Assembly: GCA_002727315.1 (NCBI GenBank)
Contig: PBWR01000007.1
Span: 134,075 to 198,074 of the forward strand
Source: Alphaproteobacteria bacterium
GTDB lineage: Bacteria > Pseudomonadota > Alphaproteobacteria > UBA6615
DNA length: 64,000 nt
Reading direction: 5' to 3'
Part shown: piece after piece, positions 1 to 9,501 of the stretch
How the letters are laid out: each line of letters starts with the position of its first letter
Position numbering within the stretch: position 1 is the first letter of the stretch
Made by a program: the position numbers and the translations under genes
The notes under the pieces: generated by a model
What the model was told of the DNA's origin: nothing
Databases searched by the model: none
Seen by the model: only the letters and a program-made list of their open reading frames with translations

Positions 1-1
1 C

Positions 2-1462
2 CTCTCGCCGCTCGGTTCGCCGGCCCTGATGAAGGTCGAGGGTGAACTGCCGGTGGTCGAGATTCTCGACGAGACGACCATCCGCTACAGCTGGTCGAAG
101 CCCAACCCTTTCTTCCTGCCTGCCCTGGCCGGGCCGCGGCCCCCCTTCATCTACCGGCCCGCACACTATCTGAAACAGTTCCACAAGACCTACGCCGCGG
201 CCGAGGGCCTGGCGGCGCGCATCAAGAAACGGCGCATGCGCGGCTGGGCACCACTGCACAACAGTCAGGATAATCTCTACGACCTGGACAACCCGGCGCT
301 GCCCACCCTGCAGCCCTGGACGAACACGATCCGGCCGCCGGCCCAGCAGTTTGTGTTCACCCGCAACCCGTACTTCCACCGCGTCGACAGCGACGGCAAC
401 CAGCTGCCCTATATCGACCGGGTGTTGATGAACATCTCCGACGGCAAGCTGATTCCGGCGAAGGCGAGCGCCGGCGAGGTCGACCTGCAGGCGCGCAGCC
501 TGTTCATGAGCCACTTCACCTTCCTGAAACAGTCGGAAGAGAAGGAGAAGTTCCGCACCCTGCTGTGGGACACCTCACTAGGCGCACGCATCGCGATTTA
601 CCCGAACATGCATGTGGCCGACCCGGGCTGGCGCGAACTGTTCCGCAATCGCGACTTCCGTCACGCCCTCAGCCTCGCGATCGACAGGGAAGAGATCAAC
701 GAGGTGATCTATTTCGGCCTGGCCGAGCCTTCCAACAACACGGTTCTGCCGCAGAGTCCGCTCTTCCGGGAGGATTTCCAGACCAAGTGGGCCGACTTCG
801 ACCCCGAACGGGCCGAGGAACTTCTCGACGGGATCGGACTCGACAAGCGCGACAAGGACGGGGTGCGCCTGCTGCCGGATGGCCGGCGGCTCGAGATCGT
901 CATCGAGACGGCCGGCGAGGAAACCGAACAGACCGACGTGCTGGAGCTGATCCACGACACCTGGCTCGACGTCGGGGTGAAGATCTTCACCCGCCCGTCC
1001 CAGCGCGAGGTGTTCCGCAACCGCGTATTCGCCGGTGAAACCATGATGGGTGTGTGGTTCGGCGTGAACAACGGCATCGTCACGGCGAACATGAGCCCGG
1101 CCGAATTCGTGCCGACCCAGCAGGTCCAGTACCAGTGGCCGAAATGGGGCCAGTACTACGAGACCGACGGCAAGGCCGGCGACGCCATCGACATGCCGGC
1201 CGCCCAGGAGCTGTTCGACCTGTTCCGCCGCTGGCAGACCGCGACGTCCGAGGACCAACGCCGGGACATCTGGGAGCGCATCCTCCAGATCAACGCGGAC
1301 GAGACCTTCACCATTGGCATCGTGTGCTGTACCAAGCAGCCGGTCGTGGTCGCCAATGCCCTGGCGGGCGTGCCCAGGGAAGCCATCTACGCATGGGACC
1401 CGGGCGCGCATTTCGGCATATACCTGCCTGACACCTTCTATTTCACCGGCCCACTAAACTAG
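2..1462 (+). CDS. ABC transporter substrate-binding protein, peptide/nickel family 5 (5' end cut by window edge)
   Basis: The frame is open to the window edge. The 477-aa tail has family-5 SBP character (NPYFHRVD..., LPYIDRV, AIDREEINEVIYFG). Two Dpp/Opp/Yej-type permease genes follow directly. Confidence 0.8.
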   Translation, partial: LSPLGSPALMKVEGELPVVEILDETTIRYSWSKPNPFFLPALAGPRPPFIYRPAHYLKQFHKTYAAAEGLAARIKKRRMRGWAPLHNSQDNLYDLDNPALPTLQPWTNTIRPPAQQFVFTRNPYFHRVDSDGNQLPYIDRVLMNISDGKLIPAKASAGEVDLQARSLFMSHFTFLKQSEEKEKFRTLLWDTSLGARIAIYPNMHVADPGWRELFRNRDFRHALSLAIDREEINEVIYFGLAEPSNNTVLPQSPLFREDFQTKWADFDPERAEELLDGIGLDKRDKDGVRLLPDGRRLEIVIETAGEETEQTDVLELIHDTWLDVGVKIFTRPSQREVFRNRVFAGETMMGVWFGVNNGIVTANMSPAEFVPTQQVQYQWPKWGQYYETDGKAGDAIDMPAAQELFDLFRRWQTATSEDQRRDIWERILQINADETFTIGIVCCTKQPVVVANALAGVPREAIYAWDPGAHFGIYLPDTFYFTGPLN

Positions 1463-1492
1463 GCGCCGCAACCGAGCTAGGCCGACCCCGAA

Positions 1493-2491
1493 GTGTTCCG
1501 CTATATTGTCCATCGCCTGTTATTGATGATCCCGACGCTGCTCGCGGTCAGCGCGATCGTGTTCGTGATCATCCAGTTGCCGCCGGGGGACTATCTCGAA
1601 ACCCTGATCGCGGAGATGCAGTCGCGCGGCGAAGCCGTCGACCAGAACCAGATCGAGGCCCTGCGCCGCGCCTACGGCCTCGACAAGTCACCCGTCGAAC
1701 AATATTTCTCCTGGCTCTTCGGGCTGCTTCAGGGAGATTTCGGCTGGTCGTTCGAGCACAACCGGCCGGTGTCCGAGCTGATCGGCCAGCGCATCCTGCT
1801 CACCTTCGTTGTCACCTTCTCCACGATCGCGTTCATCTGGATCGTCAGCTTCGTGATCGGCACCTACGTGGCGACCCGCCAGTACAGCGTGTCGGACCAT
1901 GTGGCGACGCTCATCGGCTATCTCGGCCTGGCGACCCCGAACTTCCTGCTGGCGCTGGTGCTGATGTACCTCGCCAACCAATGGTTCGACACCTCCATCG
2001 GCGGTATCATGGATGATGAGTACCGCAACCAGCCCTGGTCGCTGGACAAGATGCTGTCGGTCCTCGAGCATCTCTGGATACCGGTGATCGTGATCGGCAC
2101 ATCGGGCACCGCCGGCATGATCCGGCGCCTGCGCGCCAACCTGCTCGACGAGCTGCACAAACAGTATGTGGTCACCGGCCGGGCCAAGGGTCTGCATCCG
2201 CGCAAGCTTCTGTGGAAGTACCCGTTGCGCATGGCCCTGAACCCCTTCATCGCCGATATCGGCTCGATCCTGCCCGAGGTGATTTCCGGTTCCGCCGTCG
2301 TCGCCGTCGTGCTCAATCTCGACATTACCGGGCGCATGCTGCTTGACGCGCTGCGCGCCCAGGACATGTACCTGGCCGGCTCGTTCCTGATGTTCCTCGC
2401 CCTCCTGGTGGTGATCGGAACCCTGTTGTCGGACCTGGCACTCGCTGCGCTCGACCCGCGCATCCGGCTGAGCGGGGGCACAACGCGATGA
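1493..2491 (+). CDS. ABC transporter permease (DppB/OppB/YejB-like)
   Basis: GTG start. The N-terminus MFRYIVHRLLLMIPTLLAVSAIVFVIIQLPPGDY is typical of peptide ABC permeases. It has multiple TM segments and overlaps the next permease by 4 nt. Confidence 0.85.
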   Translation: MFRYIVHRLLLMIPTLLAVSAIVFVIIQLPPGDYLETLIAEMQSRGEAVDQNQIEALRRAYGLDKSPVEQYFSWLFGLLQGDFGWSFEHNRPVSELIGQRILLTFVVTFSTIAFIWIVSFVIGTYVATRQYSVSDHVATLIGYLGLATPNFLLALVLMYLANQWFDTSIGGIMDDEYRNQPWSLDKMLSVLEHLWIPVIVIGTSGTAGMIRRLRANLLDELHKQYVVTGRAKGLHPRKLLWKYPLRMALNPFIADIGSILPEVISGSAVVAVVLNLDITGRMLLDALRAQDMYLAGSFLMFLALLVVIGTLLSDLALAALDPRIRLSGGTTR

Positions 2492-3702
2492 GCGGCGATC
2501 GCCCCGAGGACGAAACCGGCAGCGGGCCCAACAAACCGGACGCTGTCCCCCATTTCGTGTCCGACGAACCCTTCAACGCCGACGTCGAAGTGGTGCTGAC
2601 GCCGGAACAGGAAAAATACTACATGGCGTCCCAGTGGCGCCTCATGTGGTGGAAGCTGAAGCGGCACAAAATCGCCGTCGCCGCCGGAATTTTCCTCCTG
2701 CTTCTGTATCTGATCGCGGCCTTCGCCGAAGTGGTGGCACCCTATGAGTTGCAGCACCGCGATGCCCGCAACGTGTTCGCGCCGCCGCAGGCCATCCACC
2801 TGTTCCACGAGGGCAAGCTCGTGGGCCCCTTTGTCTATGGCTACAATTCCAAGCGCGACCCGGAAACGCTGCAGAAAATCTACACCCCCGACCCGACCAA
2901 GGTGCACCGCATCCGGTTCCTGTGTTCGGGCGGCTACAAGGGCTCGGAGTATGAATTCTGGGGCCTGTTCAAGGGCGACTTCCACCTGTTCTGCCCGACG
3001 GACCGGCGCTCGCCCGTCTTCCTGCTCGGTACCGACCGGCTCGGCCGGGACATGTTCTCGCGCATCGTTTACGGTTCGCGCATTTCGCTCTCGATCGGCC
3101 TGATCGGTATCGTCCTGAGCTTCATGCTGGGCATCGTCATCGGCGGGATGGCCGGATTTTATGGCGGCCTGGTCGACAATCTAGTGCAGCGCCTGATCGA
3201 GATCCTGAAATCCTTCCCACGGTTGCCGCTGTGGATGGCGCTGTCAGCCTCGCTGCCGGCCAAATGGTCGCCGCTGCTGATCTATTTCGGCATCACCCTA
3301 ATCCTCGCGCTACTCGACTGGCCATCGCTTGCGCGCGCCGTGCGCTCGAAGCTGTTGTCTCTGCGCGAGGAGGATTTCGCCGTCGCGGCGAACCTGATGG
3401 GGGCCAGCACGAAACGCATCATCGGGCGCCACCTGGTGCCGGGCTTCGCCAGTCATCTGATCGCGTCGGCCAGCCTCGCCATACCGGAGATGATCCTCGG
3501 CGAGACCGCGCTCAGCTTCCTCGGGCTCGGCCTGCGGCCCCCGGTGACAAGCTGGGGCGTGCTGCTCAACGAGGCACAGAATATCCAGGTGGTGGTGCTC
3601 TACCCCTGGCTGATGGCGCCGATGATCCCGGTGATCCTGACAATCCTGGCGTTCAACTTTTTGGGCGACGGGCTGCGCGACGCCGCCGACCCCTACAAGT
3701 AG
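2488..3702 (+). CDS. ABC transporter permease (DppC/OppC/YejE-like, long N-terminal extension)
   Basis: C-terminal permease signature (LGTDRLGRDMFSRIVYG, ...NFLGDGLRDAADPY). ATGA overlap with the preceding permease. No ATPase gene follows. Confidence 0.85.
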   Translation: MSGDRPEDETGSGPNKPDAVPHFVSDEPFNADVEVVLTPEQEKYYMASQWRLMWWKLKRHKIAVAAGIFLLLLYLIAAFAEVVAPYELQHRDARNVFAPPQAIHLFHEGKLVGPFVYGYNSKRDPETLQKIYTPDPTKVHRIRFLCSGGYKGSEYEFWGLFKGDFHLFCPTDRRSPVFLLGTDRLGRDMFSRIVYGSRISLSIGLIGIVLSFMLGIVIGGMAGFYGGLVDNLVQRLIEILKSFPRLPLWMALSASLPAKWSPLLIYFGITLILALLDWPSLARAVRSKLLSLREEDFAVAANLMGASTKRIIGRHLVPGFASHLIASASLAIPEMILGETALSFLGLGLRPPVTSWGVLLNEAQNIQVVVLYPWLMAPMIPVILTILAFNFLGDGLRDAADPYK

Positions 3703-3711
3703 ACCGGCACG

Positions 3712-4589
3712 TCAAACGAGGCTGCGCTTGCGGCCTAGCGCGACGATGTCGACGAACCCCTCAACCTCCTCGACCGCCCAGCCGTTCCGCTGTTCGCTTT
3801 GCTCTCCGGGAGTGAACCCCTGATCCAGCGCCAGGTTATAGACTTCCTTGGTCGCCACCGCGCAGGCATCTTCATGCTTGGTGTGCTTCTCGAGCTTCGC
3901 GGCCAGGTTCACCGTGTCGCCGATGACCGTGTATTCGAGCCGGCTCTCGTCACCGACGGCGGCGAAGATAAGATCGCCCGATGCGGCCGCGGCGTTGACG
4001 TCCAGGGCAGGCTTGCCCGCCGCGACCAGTGCCCGGTACCATTTGTCGAGCGCCGCGATTGCCGCCTCAATGGAGCGTAGCGCGCATCGAACCGCGGTGC
4101 CCGCAGGGCGATGAAGATGAAGACATAGAGCAGCGTGGGGGCCTTCAGATAGAAGGGCGGGGGCTGCTGGTAGGTTCGGTGGAAACTCCAGATCAGGACC
4201 ATCAGCAACGCCATGTCGGCGATCACCGAGAGGGTCAGGAACCAGCTGGGCAGGCGCATCCGGTAACTCGCAACGTACCTTGCGACCGAAAACACCAGAT
4301 AGCCTCCCAGCGCCCAAGGTGTCAGTTCGAATGCGATGTCCCGGTCGACCGGCCCCGGCGCGGCAAGGAAAAGCGCGCCAAACAGCAGCACGATGACGAT
4401 CTGGACGATGGAGATGATCTGTTCGGAGCGGTCCTGCTGGCGGGCAATATCCTCGCGCACGCGCAGCGGCAGCGACGCGCCCGTACCGTCACGCAGGCCG
4501 GAGACCAGCCTGGTAATCGGTTTGCGCGAAGAATCGTCGTCGAAGAAGGTCGTGGCTGCGCGGTCCGTACCGGACGCTTCTCGTTGCAA
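3712..4589 (-). pseudogene. Class III adenylate/guanylate cyclase, internally deleted and frameshifted
   Basis: The N-terminal membrane part (ORF 3909..4589, ...YLKAPTLLYVFIFIALRAPRFDARY) and the C-terminal half of a cyclase catalytic domain (ORF 3712..4317, ...RLEYTVIGDTVNLAAKLEKHTKHE...) lie in different frames. They join near 4080. The first half of the catalytic domain (metal-binding Asp strand) is missing. Confidence 0.65.
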
Positions 4590-4661
4590 TCACAGGTCAC
4601 GATATGGCGTCGACCCGCAATGGTTCCCCGTCAAAGCCGCGTGATCAAACCGTGTGCCCTG

Positions 4662-5498
4662 CTAGAGGGTCAGCGTCAGGCCTTCGCGGGCGACAACCGT
4701 GTTCTCGAACCGGCCGCGCGCCTCGGCTTCGATCTGCGACATGGCGTCGTCGTCGTGAGACGGGTCGTGATGGAACGGCACGAAGGTTTTCACATTTGCC
4801 ATTTCGGCGAGCTCTGCGCCCACCTGCCAGGTCGAATGTCCCCAGCCGCGATGGGCCTCATACTCCTCGTCGGTATAGTTTGCATCATAGATAAACACAT
4901 CTGCGTCCTGGATCAGCGCCAGGATGTGTTCGTCGTGCATCCCCTCGACATGCTCTGTATCGGTGACATAGCAGACGGCCCGACCGTTCTGCTCGACCCG
5001 GTAGCCCGTCGCGCCGTTGGGGTGGTTGAGGGGGCAGGTCTTGACCCTCGCACCGCAGGCCAGGTTCAGGGTCTCGCCCGCGTGGAAGTCGCCGAAGCTC
5101 TTGTTGGCGGCCATCACGTCCATCGGTATCGGGAACAGCGGGTCCCCCATCATCGCGCCCAGCACCTTCTTGAGCTGATGGTCAGGGCCCAGGTGGCCGG
5201 CCCACATGCGCAGATTGCTGTCCTCGCAATAGGCGGGGCCGAAGAACGGCAGTCCGACAATATGGTCGAGATGGGTGTGGCTGAGCAGGATATCAGCATC
5301 CACAACTCCGCCAGATTCGACCAGCGCATTGCCCAGCTGGCGGATGCCGGTGCCGGCATCCAGGATGACATGGCTGGCACCGCATTGGATCTCGACGCAC
5401 GATGTGTTGCCGCCGAACGCGATCGTCTCGGGGCTCGGACACGCGATTGACCCGCGCACACCCCAGAAACGAACTTCCACAGGCTCGGTGCCGTTCAT
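4662..5498 (-). CDS. MBL-fold metallo-hydrolase (HTHLDH motif); possible phosphodiesterase
   Basis: Start taken at MNGTEPVEVRFWGVRGS (ATG 5498). It has the HxHxDH motif LLSHTHLDHIVG. It lies 72 nt upstream of the cyclase remnant on the same strand. Confidence 0.8.
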   Translation of the reverse strand: MNGTEPVEVRFWGVRGSIACPSPETIAFGGNTSCVEIQCGASHVILDAGTGIRQLGNALVESGGVVDADILLSHTHLDHIVGLPFFGPAYCEDSNLRMWAGHLGPDHQLKKVLGAMMGDPLFPIPMDVMAANKSFGDFHAGETLNLACGARVKTCPLNHPNGATGYRVEQNGRAVCYVTDTEHVEGMHDEHILALIQDADVFIYDANYTDEEYEAHRGWGHSTWQVGAELAEMANVKTFVPFHHDPSHDDDAMSQIEAEARGRFENTVVAREGLTLTL

Positions 5499-5750
5499 GC
5501 GGAGCTTCCAGGGGAGCGAATTGCGGAAAACAGTCTTCTCTCGACTGCGGACACGAACGTCAGCGGCCCCCGCGGCACTCGTCCGTATAACAGAATAGAA
5601 TACATCGGACAGGAGAGTGCCCGAATTGGCGCCGGTCCGGAATACCGAACCGATATACCCGGGCGCGCAGCCCGGACGGTGGCGAAGGCGGCTTGTATCG
5701 CGCACGCGGGCACGACATCATCCCTGCCCTTCCTCACGGCGACCGAGCGC

Positions 5751-6989
5751 ATGTCGAGCCCAGCCACGCAAACATCCGAGACGAACTGGACCGGCGTTTC
5801 CTACGGCATCGTCCTGGGCTTCGTCGCCGCCTACTTTCAGTTCAAGGTGCCGCCGGTTCTGCCGGTGATGTTCGAACTGTACGGCTACGAGAAGACATTC
5901 GGCAGCGGCTTCATGTCGACCTTTGCCGTCGCGGGCATGCTGATCAGTATGCGGGTCGGCCGTGCGATCCGGCGTGACGGCGCCCAGCGCTATCTGTTCG
6001 CCGCCTTCGCCCTGATGCTCGGGGGTACGGCGCTCGGCCTGCTGTGGCCCGAAAGCGCGACCATCATGCTGGTCTCGCGCACCATCGAGGGGCTCGGTGC
6101 GGCCGTGCTGGCCGTGTGCATGCCCGCATTTGCAAACATGAGTGCCGGGCCCAATCATCTTCCCATCATCGTGGGCGCCCAGGCCACCTGGATCCCGGTC
6201 GGGCAGCTAACCGCGAACCTCGTCGCCCAGCCCTCGGTCGCGATCGATATCTGGCAGCCGGTCTGGTGGTTCGGCGCTTTCGCGACCGTGCTGATCGCCC
6301 TGTGGACCTGGTACATCATCCGCGGGAACCGGGTCCCCGGCGTCGTCCACAAACGCGCGGCACCGCCCGACAGCGTCGCGGACACGACCGCCGGAGAGGC
6401 TGCGCCCATCACGGCGGCCGAGACGCGCGCACTGTGGCTCGCGGCCGTCCTGTTCTTCCTCTGGCAGGCCCAGTTCATGGGCTACTTCACCTGGCTTCCG
6501 GTCTACCTCGTCGAGACCCGGGCCATAGCGGCCGATGGTGCGGTGCTGATCAACCAGATCCCGGTCGTCGTTCTGCTGGTGTTCGCGCTGGTCGGCGGGA
6601 TGATCCTGAAGACGGGAATTGGCGTCATCCGGCTGCTGACGATCGCGCTCACCCTGCAGGCGGCTGGCTGGCTGATGGGGGCGCTCGCCACGACCCCGGC
6701 GATGGGTGTCGCCAGCCTGGTCGTCTGGGGTGTTGCCGCCGGTCTCACGCCGGCCTCGCTGTGGTCGCTGCCATCCACTCTGGTCGGCGGACATCGCGCC
6801 GGCACCGATGCGTTCGCCGTCGTCCTGACGGGCCGCTATCTGGGTATTCTCGCGGGGCCTCTGATAGCCTCGGAAGTGTTCCGGGCAACCGGTGACTGGA
6901 TCGTGGTCGTCTATGCCTTTATCGCCATCGCCGTGGCGACGATCGCGGGAACGCTTTATCTTGGGGTCAGGATGCGCGCGCTGCGCTAA
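5751..6989 (+). CDS. MFS transporter
   Basis: About 12 predicted hydrophobic segments over roughly 410 aa. Start taken at MSSPATQ (ATG 5751). Divergent from the MBL gene. Confidence 0.75.
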   Translation: MSSPATQTSETNWTGVSYGIVLGFVAAYFQFKVPPVLPVMFELYGYEKTFGSGFMSTFAVAGMLISMRVGRAIRRDGAQRYLFAAFALMLGGTALGLLWPESATIMLVSRTIEGLGAAVLAVCMPAFANMSAGPNHLPIIVGAQATWIPVGQLTANLVAQPSVAIDIWQPVWWFGAFATVLIALWTWYIIRGNRVPGVVHKRAAPPDSVADTTAGEAAPITAAETRALWLAAVLFFLWQAQFMGYFTWLPVYLVETRAIAADGAVLINQIPVVVLLVFALVGGMILKTGIGVIRLLTIALTLQAAGWLMGALATTPAMGVASLVVWGVAAGLTPASLWSLPSTLVGGHRAGTDAFAVVLTGRYLGILAGPLIASEVFRATGDWIVVVYAFIAIAVATIAGTLYLGVRMRALR

Positions 6990-6994
6990 GGCCG

Positions 6995-7675
6995 CTAGGG
7001 CACCAGGCGATAGCCACCGGGTTCCGTCACCAGGATCTGGGCATTCGACGGATCGGCCTCGATCTTCTGGCGCAGGCGATAGACATGGGTCTCCAGCGTG
7101 TGCGTGGTCAACCCCACATTGTAGCCCCAGACCTCGCCGAGCAGCGTGTCGCGGCTCACCACCTGGTCACCGGCCCGGTAGAGATATTTCAGGATCGCCG
7201 TTTCCTTCTCGGTCAGACGCACCTTCCGTTCGTCGGCATCGACCAGGATCTTCTGCGCCGGCTGGAAGGTGTAGGGACCGATGGTGAAGACCGCGTCCTC
7301 GCTCTGCTCATGCTGGCGCAACTGCGCACGCAGGCGTGCCAGCAGCACGTTCAGGCGGAATGGCTTGGCGATATAGTCGTTGGCTCCGGCATCGAGACCC
7401 AGGATCTGGTCCGCGTCCGTGTGATGGCCCGTGAGCATGATGATCGGCGACTTGACACCGTTCCGGCGCATCAGCCGGCAGACCTCGCGGCCGTCCATGT
7501 CCGGCAGCCCGACGTCGAGCAGAATGGCGTCGAAATACTCGCCCTTCGTCACCTCGAGGGCATCCGCCGCACTCGCGGATTCCGTCGTCGCGAATTCCTC
7601 GTGCAGGCGAAGCTGCTCCGACAGGGATTCGCGCAGCGCGTCGTCATCGTCGATGAGCAGGATTTTCTTGCCCAT
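6995..7675 (-). CDS. OmpR/PhoB-family response regulator (receiver plus winged-helix)
   Basis: MGKKILLIDDDD..., LLDVGLPDMDG (phospho-acceptor Asp), AKPF, and a C-terminal trans_reg_C motif LTEKETAILKYL...THTLETHVYRLRQKI. Alternative upstream starts exist at 7705 and 7720. Confidence 0.85.
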   Translation of the reverse strand: MGKKILLIDDDDALRESLSEQLRLHEEFATTESASAADALEVTKGEYFDAILLDVGLPDMDGREVCRLMRRNGVKSPIIMLTGHHTDADQILGLDAGANDYIAKPFRLNVLLARLRAQLRQHEQSEDAVFTIGPYTFQPAQKILVDADERKVRLTEKETAILKYLYRAGDQVVSRDTLLGEVWGYNVGLTTHTLETHVYRLRQKIEADPSNAQILVTEPGGYRLVP

Positions 7676-7722
7676 TGTCGCTTTGGTTCCCGCCACGTTG
7701 GCCATTGCTTGACTCACCATCG

Positions 7723-8007
7723 CTATGCACTCACCTGGACGCCGCGCCAGAACGCGACGTGATCGCGAATATTCTCCGCGGCCGGTTTTGGGTCGGGATA
7801 ATACCACGCCGCGTCCGTGTTGACCGCGCCATTGACGTCGACGGTGTAGTAACGCGCGGTGCCCTTCCAGGGGCAGCGCGTGGTCGTCCTGCTTTCCTGA
7901 AAATACTCCCGATTGAGCGATTCCGGCGGGAAGTAGACATTCCCCTCGACGGTCTCGTACGTCTCGCTCTCGGCAAGGACCATGTCGTTCCATGCTGCTT
8001 TCGCCAT
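7723..8007 (-). CDS. DUF427 domain-containing protein
   Basis: 94 aa starting MAKAAWNDMVLAES...; CPWKGTARYYTV and AAWYYP motifs are typical of DUF427. A purine-rich RBS lies upstream of ATG 8007. Confidence 0.7.
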   Translation of the reverse strand: MAKAAWNDMVLAESETYETVEGNVYFPPESLNREYFQESRTTTRCPWKGTARYYTVDVNGAVNTDAAWYYPDPKPAAENIRDHVAFWRGVQVSA

Positions 8008-8232
8008 AACGGCCCCCCTTTCCTGGCCATGAAGTAGATACGGAACGTGTCTGCACAAGAGGAAGTCCCCGGATTCGCTGCGTCACGTTCGATCACATTC
8101 CGGAGAGCAGACCGCCCCGGCTCGCTTGCCGGCGCTGACCCTTAGGTCCGGGCTGCGGCCATTTGTCCCGTATTGCCGCAGCGGCACGGTTGGCGCATAT
8201 TCGCGCCTCATCGCGAGCCGGATACGCCATTA

Positions 8233-9357
8233 ATGAGCCAGCTTCCCAATACCCTTCAACCGGTCGAACGGGCCATCGCGGACCTCCGCCGTGGCGCCAC
8301 CATCGTTTTGCTGGGTGCCGACAGGGCGCTTCTCGTCCATCCGGCCGAGGGGCTGACCGCCAGCGCATTGGCGCGGATTGCCGGCCTGTCGAAGGCGACG
8401 CCTTCGCTGCTGCTGACCGCCCGGCGCGCCGCCATCCTGAAACTGACGGACAGTCCTGACGGCGCCGTTCGGATCTCTTTGTCCGGCGGCGTGACCGCCG
8501 ACACGGTGCGCATGATGGCCGACCCGGCCGGGCCCCAGTCGGACGATCTCGCGCCGGCGGTCTCGATATCCCATATCGATCCGGCCACCAGGCCCGGCGC
8601 CAGCGAGATCGGCGCGATCGAGCTGTTGAAACTGGCCTGCCTTCTGCCCGCCGCGGTCGTGGCGCCGGTGCCCGACGAGCGGTTGGAATATCTGTCGGCC
8701 TGGGCCGAAACCCAATCCCTCCTGACCATTGAACTGGATCATGTCCGGAACTACCAGGAGATCGAGGCCCGGACCCTGCAGCGGGTCGGTGCGGCCCGGG
8801 TGCCGCTGGAGGTGAGCGAGGACGTCGAGATCGTCGCCTTCCGGCCGTCCGATGGCGGCCGTGAGCATTTGGCCATCGTCATCGGCGATCCGCCGACGGA
8901 CGCACCGGTGCTTGTCCGGCTGCATTCCGAGTGCTTCACGGGCGATCTTCTCGGAAGCCTGCGCTGCGACTGCGGCGATCAGCTGCGCGGCGCCGTTCAG
9001 GAAATCGGGGAACAGGGCGGCGGCATCGTGCTGTACCTGGCACAGGAGGGCCGCGGCATCGGACTGATCAACAAGTTGCGAGCCTACACCTTGCAGGATC
9101 ACGGGCTGGACACGATCGATGCCAACCAGCAGCTCGGTTTCGAGGCCGATGAGCGTCTGTATCGACCGGCGGCGGAAATGCTGCGGCAACTGGGCATCCA
9201 GTCGGTGCGCCTGCTGACCAACAATCCCGACAAGGTCTCTGCCCTGCGCGAGTGGCAGATCGACGTGACCGAGCGGGTGTCACACAGCTTTCCGTCGAAC
9301 CAGCACAACGAGTTCTATCTGGCGACCAAGCAGTCGCGTGCTGGTCATTTGTTCTAG
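8233..9357 (+). CDS. ribA: GTP cyclohydrolase II with N-terminal RibB-like (probably inactive) domain
   Basis: C-terminal half carries RLHSECFTGDLLGSLRCDCGDQL, YLAQEGRGIGLINKLRAY and LLTNNPDKV, the RibA signature. Start taken at MSQLPNT (ATG 8233). Confidence 0.85.
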   Translation: MSQLPNTLQPVERAIADLRRGATIVLLGADRALLVHPAEGLTASALARIAGLSKATPSLLLTARRAAILKLTDSPDGAVRISLSGGVTADTVRMMADPAGPQSDDLAPAVSISHIDPATRPGASEIGAIELLKLACLLPAAVVAPVPDERLEYLSAWAETQSLLTIELDHVRNYQEIEARTLQRVGAARVPLEVSEDVEIVAFRPSDGGREHLAIVIGDPPTDAPVLVRLHSECFTGDLLGSLRCDCGDQLRGAVQEIGEQGGGIVLYLAQEGRGIGLINKLRAYTLQDHGLDTIDANQQLGFEADERLYRPAAEMLRQLGIQSVRLLTNNPDKVSALREWQIDVTERVSHSFPSNQHNEFYLATKQSRAGHLF

Positions 9358-9501
9358 CCACGGGGCAATTCCTGCCGGGTGCGCCGCACCCGCCGCAGAG
9401 CCACCGTCGGGTCGTCCCGTCACGCCCTTGATATAGGCAAATTTTCTGCCCGGCGTCGGACAAATGCGCATGGCCTCGGACTTGCACAGAATATCCGTGC
9501 G

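Noticed and set aside
4029-5450. 473-aa plus-strand ORF
   Set aside because: Antisense to the cyclase remnant and the MBL-fold gene. It has no motifs.
8090-8232. Possible FMN (RFN) riboswitch upstream of ribA
   Set aside because: I could not find the conserved RFN core elements (for example GGGGCAGGGTGAAATTCCC or the GATCCGGT/GCCGACGGT-type segments) in the 5' region. A covariance-model scan (Rfam RF00050) would settle it.
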